Source: a virus (taxonomy: Duplodnaviria; Heunggongvirae; Uroviricota; Caudoviricetes). From it: a DNA stretch of 64,000 bases. The stretch lies in IMG/VR virus record IMGVR_UViG_3300012573_000004; one strand, given 5' to 3'. The notes below the pieces were generated by a model, which worked only from the letters and a program-made list of their open reading frames with translations, did not search any database and was not told the DNA's origin. Position numbers and translations under genes: made by a program. Of the stretch, positions 48,196 to 56,280 are shown one piece after another (positions within the stretch are counted from its first letter, which is position 1; each line of letters opens with the position of its first letter).

Positions 48196-49164
48196 ATGCG
48201 ACAAGATATCATTGAGTTTCCCAACTCATCTAACAGCCCTGATTTTATCTATAAGATAGATAGTTTGAAGAAGTTTCAAGATAATATCTTGAAGCCATAT
48301 TTGGAAAGAGAAAACCCAGAATATCAATGGACAGATAGCACTTGTGATATCACGCCTACAAAAGCTTCTTATATCAAGAAAATGTCTCCTTTACTAAAGA
48401 AGAAAGAAGATGTACCTGCTACAGACAGTATTGTATTCAATGTAGTAAATATGACTAATCTTCTCTTATTCTTCCTTCTTCCAGCACTAGCAGTGTATCT
48501 TTTCTATTTTGGTTCTCCAGATGCAATCATGATATGGGAAGAGGGAGGGATCATAGGAAAAACTATTCATACTTTATTTATCATTTTTTCATATTTTATT
48601 CTTTTATGTTTTGTTTCTCCTATTGCGCTGTTTGTGGGAAAAGTAGCACATGAGTTTCTTGATAAATCCAAAGATCTAGCTCAATATAAAAGAGATAAAG
48701 ACTTCTACAACAAAATGGAAGTAGTAGATATTGCTAAACTACAAGACATTGGAGATACAGTAGGAAACACCCCATTTTATCATGAAATGTTAAACTGCAA
48801 GAACTGCTGTGCTCAAGTAATAAACATCTTGGAGGATATTTCCCTTCTTCCCTATGGAGACTCTGTAGATACTTCACAACTAGAAAAAGCATATGATGAC
48901 TACATTGATCTCATTCTCTTTACTACTGCTAACAGAAATGTGATGTCAGAGCGTCTTTTCAATGACTATATAGAATCTATATACCAAAAGATGAGAACAG
49001 TTCTTTTTGAAGTGGAAAAGCTTAGAGAAGTAGATGGTGATTACAAAAAGCTAATCCATAAAGCTCACAGGGAAACAGAAGAGATCAATGAAGCTATCAA
49101 GCAAGATGATCAAGATAGGGTAGATGATCTCATTATTTCTATGAAAGATCCTTCTGAGTTTTGA
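48196..49164 (+). CDS. Two-TM membrane protein, family A
   Basis: AAGGAG RBS; VDT..L.K.YDDY..L..F..AN and Q.D..R.DD shared with 46705. Confidence 0.78.
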   Translation: MRQDIIEFPNSSNSPDFIYKIDSLKKFQDNILKPYLERENPEYQWTDSTCDITPTKASYIKKMSPLLKKKEDVPATDSIVFNVVNMTNLLLFFLLPALAVYLFYFGSPDAIMIWEEGGIIGKTIHTLFIIFSYFILLCFVSPIALFVGKVAHEFLDKSKDLAQYKRDKDFYNKMEVVDIAKLQDIGDTVGNTPFYHEMLNCKNCCAQVINILEDISLLPYGDSVDTSQLEKAYDDYIDLILFTTANRNVMSERLFNDYIESIYQKMRTVLFEVEKLREVDGDYKKLIHKAHRETEEINEAIKQDDQDRVDDLIISMKDPSEF

Positions 49165-49257
49165 TTGGAGATATAATCATAAATACTGTGTGTTAAATCA
49201 CATGAAGATATGTGTGTCTTTTCTTGACAAGAAAGCATCTGCTTTATATAGTAGAAG

Positions 49258-49430
49258 ATGTACTTGAGAGAGAGACAAGTGACCATGACGATTATTTCTC
49301 AAGTGCAATATCATTTCTGCTGGAAGACCTGCCAGTCACATAAAAACAAGCAACAGCAGAAATGAAGTACCTCCTGACAGAAGAAAACACCTCTTATTGC
49401 ACTACCGCAACCGCAATAAGGGGTGTTTTT
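49258..49430 (+). ncRNA. Candidate three-hairpin sRNA, family R1 copy 2
   Basis: TTGACA (49224)-17-TATAGT (49247); stems GTACTTGAGAG/TTCTCAAGTGC and TCATTTCTGCTG/CAGCAGAAATGA; terminator AAACACCTCTTATTGC/GCAATAAGGGGTGTTT. Confidence 0.65.
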
Positions 49431-49550
49431 CTTATGTCTTTTTCTCCCTCACATTTGTGTCCCTTTCAAGGGTTTTCCTTAATAGAAAAATCCTCCCACA
49501 CCAGGTAATACCCACCTAGTGCAGGAGGATTATTTCCCCCTATATCTTCC

Positions 49551-50174
49551 TTATGCTGCTACACGAACTGTCTTAGTAGTAACATATCCATTGATATTCC
49601 ATGCTGGATACTCTCCAGTATAAGGAGAGTTATCAGGATACATTGCTGGAACACCTTCACCCTCTTCAGGGTTTCCTAGGGAAACAACGGTATGCTCTTT
49701 CCATCCATCAATACCACGCTTAAAGACAGTCATTCCTACTTCAACCTCTTCAACTGGAATAACCTTGCTTTCTAGAAACTTCTTTCCTAGTTGAGTATTT
49801 TCTGGCTGAGCGTTATCAATAGCTTCTAGCATCTCATTGAAATCATGGCCATCTTGCTCTACTGCAGGTGCATCAATGCGCTGGGTGATATCCCAGTTCT
49901 CATCTACAACATAGATACCATTGTCTCCAGGGGAGTGTGCTTCCAAGTTGCGTGGATCCAGGGAAGTGATATACACAGAACCTAGCTTAAAGAAGTTGTT
50001 AGCAATGGTGATAAGAGTAGCCAAACCTCCATCATGTGCCTTTTCACCTAGTCCTTGTGGGGTGTGGAAGGAAGCATACTTCAAAAATGGTGCTACAGAA
50101 TCCATTCCTCCATTCCAGTGAAGCTCAACTCCTACAGTGGAGTTCTTACCAGTAATCAGTGCTCGGTTTCCCAT
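49551..50174 (-). CDS. Hypothetical phage protein
   Basis: Start reassigned to MGNRALI; LHWNGG and GDNGIY motifs; canonical promoter module upstream. Confidence 0.78.
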   Translation of the reverse strand: MGNRALITGKNSTVGVELHWNGGMDSVAPFLKYASFHTPQGLGEKAHDGGLATLITIANNFFKLGSVYITSLDPRNLEAHSPGDNGIYVVDENWDITQRIDAPAVEQDGHDFNEMLEAIDNAQPENTQLGKKFLESKVIPVEEVEVGMTVFKRGIDGWKEHTVVSLGNPEEGEGVPAMYPDNSPYTGEYPAWNINGYVTTKTVRVAA

Positions 50175-50178
50175 TGTT

Positions 50179-50281
50179 TTCTCCTTAAGTGGTGTGGTGT
50201 TTTCCTCTTGAACAACTTCTATATTAGTGGGTGTGTGGTAAGTGGTCAAGTGGAGGGGGTGCAAAATACCCCTATATGGGT
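50179..50281 (-). promoter_or_regulatory. Conserved promoter module (type example)
   Basis: ACCCATATAGGGGT...TTGACC-17-TAATAT-AGAAGTTGTTCAAGAGGAAAACACCACACCAC-TTAAGGAG-ATG. Confidence 0.85.
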
Positions 50282-50409
50282 GTAGGTGGTTATGATAAGG
50301 TGATCACAGGGACTGCACCACTTGTGTCCCCTTTTTAAAGACGCTAGAAAAAATCCCCTCCTATCATCTTCTCTCAAAGACAATAAGAGGGGAAAGGGTT
50401 ATTTTCTTG

Positions 50410-50685
50410 CTACATCTTTTCTACCACAGTCTTATCCTCGTTGGCAAATTTGAAGCCATGGAATGCAAGGGCATCTTCTACATCAATGCTACCTCCTACC
50501 TTGAGAACAAGGTTGTAAAATCCCTCCTGTGGATCAACAGTGATGGTGTATCCGTTCTTTCCCCAGGAGCCAATCTCCAGGTTGTCAGCTTCCTGTTGAG
50601 TGCAAGCATTCTCAATAACTAGAGCCTTGTGGTCAAGGTCATCAATGATGTGGATGGTCTTGGTGTTGAAGGTTTGAGCTGCCAT
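50410..50685 (-). CDS. Hypothetical protein, family M
   Basis: AAGGAG RBS; similar to 4683-4982. Confidence 0.75.
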   Translation of the reverse strand: MAAQTFNTKTIHIIDDLDHKALVIENACTQQEADNLEIGSWGKNGYTITVDPQEGFYNLVLKVGGSIDVEDALAFHGFKFANEDKTVVEKM

Positions 50686-50689
50686 GATG

Positions 50690-50793
50690 TTCTCCTTGTG
50701 ATGTGGTGTGTTTTCCTCTTGAACACTTATTACTTTATAGGATGGTTTCTAGGTGGTCAAGTTGTATGAGGGTGGAATACCCCTATATGGGGT
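50690..50793 (-). promoter_or_regulatory. Conserved promoter module
   Basis: ACCCCATATAGGGGT, TTGACC-17-TAAAGT, leader. Confidence 0.82.
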
Positions 50794-50972
50794 TATTTTT
50801 GCCATCAAGTATAAACACACATAATCAAAAATAAACAAAAAAGACAATCAGACATAAAACAACATTCCTTGCTTCTATACAATCTGTGTCCCTTTTTGTG
50901 TGTTTTTATTCCTCATAAGAACAACACCCCTGTAGAATACTATGCATCCTACAGGGGTGTTGTTTTAAACTA

Positions 50973-51356
50973 TTAGATATTTCCCTTGAAACGCCATACC
51001 ATAGAGAAGTTGTTCAACTCCTCCACGCTGAGTAGGCATTCATTTCCAGTAATACGGGTGTAGATGTCAATCATCATGTCTCCCAGCTTCTTAGACTGTG
51101 CGAAGATAACCCCTCCCACAGATTCGCCTACAGACAGTGCAGCAAGCATCAGGATAGGATCGTGGGAATCATTATTGGTGTGATGGGTGATGATTTCTGC
51201 AAAAGTGGAAGAGTGTGCTCGCTTGAGTACATCTTCTACAACCACACAACCAAACTTCTCAGCCCAGGAATCAATATCTACTGTGTCATCAGTGTGGGGA
51301 ATAGAGAAGATGGAAAAGATCTCGTGGTTGGAAAGATCTGCTGCAGTGGTAGCCAT
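50973..51356 (-). CDS. Hypothetical protein
   Basis: Start reassigned to MATTAAD after AAGGAG. Confidence 0.72.
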   Translation of the reverse strand: MATTAADLSNHEIFSIFSIPHTDDTVDIDSWAEKFGCVVVEDVLKRAHSSTFAEIITHHTNNDSHDPILMLAALSVGESVGGVIFAQSKKLGDMMIDIYTRITGNECLLSVEELNNFSMVWRFKGNI

Positions 51357-51361
51357 GGTGT

Positions 51362-51467
51362 TTCTCCTTAGAAACAAGTCAGTGTGTTTTCCTTTGAACA
51401 CTTATTACTTTAGTGGGAATACAGGAGATGTTCAAGTCATATGGGTGTAAAACACCCCTATATGGGT
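51362..51467 (-). promoter_or_regulatory. Conserved promoter module
   Basis: ACCCATATAGGGGT, TTGAAC-17-TAAAGT, GTTCAAAGGAAAACAC leader. Confidence 0.8.
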
Positions 51468-51582
51468 GTAGATGATACAGAAATCATGTCATATACTTGT
51501 GTCCCTTTGCAGGGATAAAAGAATAACCTTTCTAGGAATCTTTTATTAAAATCCCCAGAAAGGTTAATCCAATATGAAGCTA

Positions 51583-51960
51583 TTAAATCTGCTCAGTGAG
51601 AACCTTAGCAAAAAGACGCTTGGCATTAGCTGCAGCTTGCAAAACTACAGACAACTCTTCTAGTTCTTCAGCAGTATCAGCCAGGTTGGAGGGAATAGAA
51701 ACCTCTACACCAGAGTAATCACTTTCCCCATCCAGGTTATCTACTGGGTAGAGATCAACACCAAACGTGCTGTCATTCTGGATGCCTACAAACTTATTAT
51801 CCTTAGTGAAGTTATCCTTATCCTGAGAGAAGTAGCGAACTACCAGCTGGTATGGCTCAACATCCCAGGTAAGCTCCTTGATGTACTTTTCAACTTCACC
51901 GTTGTCATTGTACTTAGCAAAAACTCGCTCTTCTGGTTGAATGATGTTCTGAGAAGTCAT
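51583..51960 (-). CDS. Hypothetical protein, family L (weak)
   Basis: AAGGAG RBS, promoter module upstream, terminator downstream. Confidence 0.75.
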   Translation of the reverse strand: MTSQNIIQPEERVFAKYNDNGEVEKYIKELTWDVEPYQLVVRYFSQDKDNFTKDNKFVGIQNDSTFGVDLYPVDNLDGESDYSGVEVSIPSNLADTAEELEELSVVLQAAANAKRLFAKVLTEQI

Positions 51961-51968
51961 GATATGTG

Positions 51969-52069
51969 GTCTCCTTGTGATGTGGTGTTTTCCTCTTGAA
52001 CAACTTCTACTTTAGGTAATGGTTGCTAGGTGGTCAAGTTGTCTGAAGGTGAAACACCCCTGAATGGGT
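51969..52069 (-). promoter_or_regulatory. Conserved promoter module
   Basis: ACCCATTCAGGGGT, TTGACC-17-TAAAGT, GTTCAAGAGGAAAACACCAC. Confidence 0.82.
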
Positions 52070-52228
52070 GTAAATGAGAAAAACACACATAAACACATAT
52101 GATCACAATATATCCCACAGAAAAAACCACACAATCCCACAATAAGAGATTATGTGTGTCCCTTTTTTAAAACAAACAATGAGAAAGCCACGGGGATAAT
52201 CCCCGTGATAGTTAACTATTTTCCTAAG

Positions 52229-52312
52229 TACTCCCTGTGGGGATCGAACCCACATACCATAATAAGTACCGGATTTTAAGTCCAGCGCGTCTACCAATTC
52301 CGCCAAGGGAGC
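52229..52312 (-). tRNA. tRNA-Leu(TAA)
   Basis: Reverse complement GCTCCCT...GGCGGAATTGGTAGACGCG-CTGGA-CTTAAAA-TCCGG, long variable arm, GGTTCGATCCC. Confidence 0.92.
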
Positions 52313-52713
52313 ATTAAAAAAGCAACAATAATAATACAATACTCATACTCTAAAAACAGTGAAAGGAATCAAACTGCTTTTAAAGCACAACCATATTACA
52401 TTATCATTGTTGCCTACAAATATTAATCATAACACCACTTAGCAAGTAGTGTCAAGTTTAATATTTTCCAGAAAACTAAGTTTTAACTTGTTTTCTAACC
52501 TTGTTGATTACGTTATCTATTATAGACATCAATGATTCAGCCTGTCAAGTTGAATGGGATATTTTCTTTCATTTGTGGCAAAAATATTTATTCCTAACTT
52601 TTAGTTCTTTGACGTGCAGGTAGGAGTGGTTCAAGAATAACCATTATCTAATAGCAAAACTCTCCTTGCACAATACATTTCATGCAAGGAGAGTTTTATG
52701 CTCTTTGTATCAA

Positions 52714-52836
52714 CTACACGTTGACATAAGAATAGCCCTGGCTGTCAACTCCTAGAGAAGAAAGAGAAAAAGTGGAAGGATCATCAGCAATACCAGAAAT
52801 GAGACCAGAGATAATATCAACAAAAGAAATGAGCAC
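52714..52836 (-). CDS. 40-aa small protein missing from the ORF track (MLISFVDIISGLISGIADDPSTFSLSSLGVDSQGYSYVNV)
   Basis: GTG start with AGGGAG RBS, TGGACA-17-TATAAT promoter, terminator at about 52657-52697. Confidence 0.6.
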   Translation of the reverse strand: MLISFVDIISGLISGIADDPSTFSLSSLGVDSQGYSYVNV

Positions 52837-53080
52837 AGTAATCTCCCTGTAGTAGTAAGTGGTGTGTTTTTTATCCATAGCAGTGGTGCTTTCCTGCTGT
52901 GGTATGCCTTTTATTATAGTGCTAAAAACATACCCTGTCCAGCTGTTATGCTATTATATTCAGTGATGTGCAACACTTATATTCATGTCCCTTTTATGCT
53001 ATGGAATCACACAACAAAACACCTCTTCAACTGTCCATTTTTAGACAGTCAAAGAGGTGTTATTTTAAATCATATATTCT

Positions 53081-53392
53081 TTAAAAGAGCTTTTCTTCTG
53101 TATAAGAGTTCTGCTTTATTACATCAAAATAGCAAGGGTAATCCAATGCTACCTCACTAGGATCTGCATATTCTATACCAGTCCACATACGCTGCCTTGA
53201 AGAAATAGAAGTATCTCCACTGGCATATTTCCTTACAGATAGAAAGAATGCTGCAAAATCATCTTCTGCATCATCATTAACCTCTACTGTGAGTTGTGTT
53301 TGATTGTAGCAATCCTCACTATTAGAAAAAAGCACATCAAACTCATAGGGTGAGTTCTGTGTTAAATCTTCATCATGATAGATAGTATCCAT
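53081..53392 (-). CDS. Hypothetical acidic protein, family H (divergent)
   Basis: AAGGAG RBS; DF..FF..V and R.W.G.EY pattern. Confidence 0.7.
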   Translation of the reverse strand: MDTIYHDEDLTQNSPYEFDVLFSNSEDCYNQTQLTVEVNDDAEDDFAAFFLSVRKYASGDTSISSRQRMWTGIEYADPSEVALDYPCYFDVIKQNSYTEEKLF

Positions 53393-53631
53393 TGATATTT
53401 TTTCTCCTTAGGAAACATGTGTGATGGTGTCTTTGTTGTTGATTTAATGCTACCAGTAAGGATGTATCTTGTCCATTTAACTCTAGCTTGTAGCAGAGAT
53501 AAACCAATCTTGCATATACAAAAACACCCCTTACCTTTTTCAAGATAAGAGGTGTCTGTAGTTGCTATCTATAGTATAGATACAAGCTAGTCCAGGTTAG
53601 TGAAGAACTATTTCTCCATTATTCTTGAGAT

Positions 53632-53805
53632 TTAATCCCATGATACAGAAATCTTTGCACTGTTGAGAAGCTCTACCATCTTGTTGTAGTCATTGTCATC
53701 AAGATTAAGCTCTTCATTTTCCACATCTAGTCCGTATTCCCAGTTTCCCTGTGCAGATCCAACTAGAATTTCCTGTGCAATCTTCTTAAGTTCATTGTCA
53801 TTCAT
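53632..53805 (-). CDS. 57-aa acidic protein missing from the ORF track (MNDNELKKIAQEILVGSAQG...SVSWD)
   Basis: AAGGAG RBS and conserved promoter module (53812-53912) directly upstream. Confidence 0.75.
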   Translation of the reverse strand: MNDNELKKIAQEILVGSAQGNWEYGLDVENEELNLDDNDYNKMVELLNSAKISVSWD

Positions 53806-53811
53806 GATTTT

Positions 53812-53912
53812 TTCTCCTTATATGTGGTGTGTTTTCCTTTGAACACTTATTACTGTACAAGGCAATCAACAGATAATCAAGAAGAAATATTTTCCCACCC
53901 CATTTCAGGGGT
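53812..53912 (-). promoter_or_regulatory. Conserved promoter module
   Basis: ACCCCTGAAATGGGGT, TTGATT...TACAGT, GTTCAAAGGAAAACACACCAC. Confidence 0.75.
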
Positions 53913-53927
53913 GAGATACCAGTGGTG

Positions 53928-54031
53928 AAAAATAACATGTGCTTCGAGCGTCTAGTTAAAAAACTAAACCTTCACCTTTCTAGTTGAAGTTATATGCTTT
54001 AACCAGAAAAGTTCTATCTCGAAGCTAACTT
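53928..54031 (-). ncRNA. Candidate three-way-junction sRNA
   Basis: GCTTCGAG/CTCGAAGC closing stem with two internal hairpins; TTTACA-18-TGgTATGAT promoter immediately upstream. Confidence 0.45.
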
Positions 54032-54196
54032 TAACAATCATACCATGCATTTATCACTTTTGTAAAAAAGAACTTAAAAACATGTCTCTGCACATCGTGT
54101 CCCTTTTTACCAATCCAGACATACCTACACCTGCACATACAAAACACACCTCTTACCTTTTTCAAGATAAGAGGTGTTTTTGTATAAGTAGTTGTT

Positions 54197-54508
54197 TTAT
54201 AGCACAGCTACAACCCAATCTAGGTTGTCAAGAACTACTTCTTCATCAGTATCTTCTACCCAAGCAATCTCAAAGAAATCTAGGTTGTCATCTAGAACGT
54301 CAACCTCATCTTCATACTCAACACCATTCCAGGTGCGATCTTCTGCAGTGTTATCTTCATCATCACCATCAAAAGATGCTACAGCGTGGAAAAAGTCAGA
54401 AAATCCAGCAGGTGCATGAAGAGCAATGTTTACTCCCACCTTTGCTTCAAAGGTCTTCTCTCCTTCAACATCTTCAAAAACTCCAGTGAAAACCAGTGCG
54501 TTGGACAT
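54197..54508 (-). CDS. Hypothetical acidic protein, family H
   Basis: FTGVF, P.GFSDFF..V.SF, DRTWNG.EY. Confidence 0.8.
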   Translation of the reverse strand: MSNALVFTGVFEDVEGEKTFEAKVGVNIALHAPAGFSDFFHAVASFDGDDEDNTAEDRTWNGVEYEDEVDVLDDNLDFFEIAWVEDTDEEVVLDNLDWVVAVL

Positions 54509-54516
54509 TGTATTTT

Positions 54517-54617
54517 TCTCCTTATATGTGGTGTGTTTTCCTCTTGAACAACTTCTATATTAGGGGATGGTTGAGAAGTGGTCAAGTTGTACAAGGGTGA
54601 AACACCCCTGAATGGGT
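54517..54617 (-). promoter_or_regulatory. Conserved promoter module
   Basis: ACCCATTCAGGGGT, TTGACC-17-TAATAT, leader. Confidence 0.82.
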
Positions 54618-54781
54618 GTAGTTGAAGATCTTTGTTTGTATCATCCAGAGTGATACAAGTGAAGTTATCAGCTAATGATTTCCCCGTCATATTCATGTCC
54701 CTTTTTGATAAAAATAAATCAACAATCCCTGCACAAGATGTGTGAGGGGTTACACAAGTTGAGGTGTGTACTACGAGGAAA

Positions 54782-55159
54782 TCAATGTTCTCTCCATTCT
54801 GTGATGTAGCGAGACATTGTTGTTCCGGGTGGGCTACTGAAATAGTATGGGTCAGTTGCATCACCATTCCAGCTACCACGAGGATGTGGTTCTGTGGTGA
54901 TGGTCTCAATATCCATATTGGCTATAGTTTCTAATGCACGACTGATATGATGCTGTGGAATTGGGTGATTGTCTATATCTTGCAACCAGTGCTGTGCTTC
55001 TTCAGGATCCATTGTAGTGTTTTTGGCGTTATGGCTTAGCTCAGGAAAATCTGGAGTGATAAGTCCTTTCTCATCAAGTGAATCTACCATTTCCCGTATG
55101 CTCTTATTTTGAAAGTGCCATGCGAGAAGTAGACTATTGATACGTTCTTTGTTGGTCAT
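54782..55159 (-). CDS. Hypothetical phage protein
   Basis: MTNKER...L...GLI.PD.PE N-terminus; GAAGGTG RBS; preceded by mini-ORF 55179-55211. Confidence 0.68.
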   Translation of the reverse strand: MTNKERINSLLLAWHFQNKSIREMVDSLDEKGLITPDFPELSHNAKNTTMDPEEAQHWLQDIDNHPIPQHHISRALETIANMDIETITTEPHPRGSWNGDATDPYYFSSPPGTTMSRYITEWREH

Positions 55160-55217
55160 AATGTTCACCTTCTTTTGGTTAGTATTTAGCTGCTCTTTCC
55201 TGGTTGGTCATTTTCTT

Positions 55218-55320
55218 TTCTCCTTGTGATGTAGTGTTTTCCTCTTGAACACTTATTACTGTAGCGTCTCATTGTAACAAGGGATAAACTTTATTAAGAA
55301 TCATCACCCCAGCAAAGTGG
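55218..55320 (-). promoter_or_regulatory. Degenerate promoter module
   Basis: GTTCAAGAGGAAAACACTAC leader and TACAGT -10 retained; -35 and box degenerate. Confidence 0.6.
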
Positions 55321-55502
55321 TGTTTTCTAAAAAGACACACCCTTAGCTGTAGCAACCTTCAAAGTGGAGGTGCAAATATATCTTGTGTTATAAACTGTGT
55401 CCCTCACAATACATCACGCCAGGTTGATCCATCATGTGAAAATACACCCTTGAACTATTCTCCCCCTTATCACGGTTGAGATGAGGGGTTGTGTGGTAAT
55501 GG

Positions 55503-56087
55503 CTATTCAAGAATAGAAAAGAAGCAGGCATTCATCAACGGGGATAAGACCCATGGTTTTCTATTTACCTTCTTGTCACAAAAGTTGGAAGGCATGCTGT
55601 GTTCTGGAGTTGTCATACAGAATGTATCTACTACAATCTCAATATCTTTATCAAGGAGATCTAGATCAAACATTTCTTTAGCATTTTCACAAATAATGTG
55701 CATAGGATGATTGCGAACAACATGAGAATACGCTCTATGAATACTCTCCTGTAGACTCTCACCCTCATAACTATATATTTTCACATTCTTATTTTCTACA
55801 GTGCCAGCTGCAATGTAATACTCCATATCAAGGGATTCTACCCAGGAAGCAAAGTCAGTAACAGTAACATCCCCTAGATCATCTAACTGAGAAAAACTGT
55901 TTCCCTTACACCATACTTGTCTTAACAGAGAATCAATAGCACGCTCTGTGTATTCTTGTGGATCTTCTAACTTAATCCCGTAATCCTTCCACAAGGAGAA
56001 CTCTAGATCTCCGCGTAAAACATCAATAGATTCTTCAATGATTTCTATTTGTCCGACATCAATACGCGCAAAATCCTCTATAGTCAT
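55503..56087 (-). CDS. Hypothetical acidic protein, family I
   Basis: SLW..YGIK.E.P.EY.E.A.DSLL and TDFASWVE shared with 57906. Confidence 0.8.
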   Translation of the reverse strand: MTIEDFARIDVGQIEIIEESIDVLRGDLEFSLWKDYGIKLEDPQEYTERAIDSLLRQVWCKGNSFSQLDDLGDVTVTDFASWVESLDMEYYIAAGTVENKNVKIYSYEGESLQESIHRAYSHVVRNHPMHIICENAKEMFDLDLLDKDIEIVVDTFCMTTPEHSMPSNFCDKKVNRKPWVLSPLMNACFFSILE

Positions 56088-56280
56088 GATGTTCCCCCTT
56101 TGAAGTGGTGTAGTAAAAAGTGATGTTTTCTCATGGATGACTCCACTGTACCAAAGGTTGATTTCCTAAACAAAGCAGAAACCCCACCTATCTTTGGTAA
56201 GTGGGGTCTTTGCTTTGAGGTTATTACAACTCCTGTGCTTTTTACTTTTTTCTATTTATCCACTTCATCACCCTTGAACA

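Noticed and set aside
52103..52339. ORFs overlapping tRNA genes (52103-52339, 10587-10916)
   Set aside because: Spurious translations of tRNA-Leu and tRNA-Pro sequence
53941..54025. Three-way junction as a hammerhead ribozyme or tRNA
   Set aside because: Lacks the CUGANGA/GAAA core on either strand and lacks a TTC T-loop or anticodon-arm geometry
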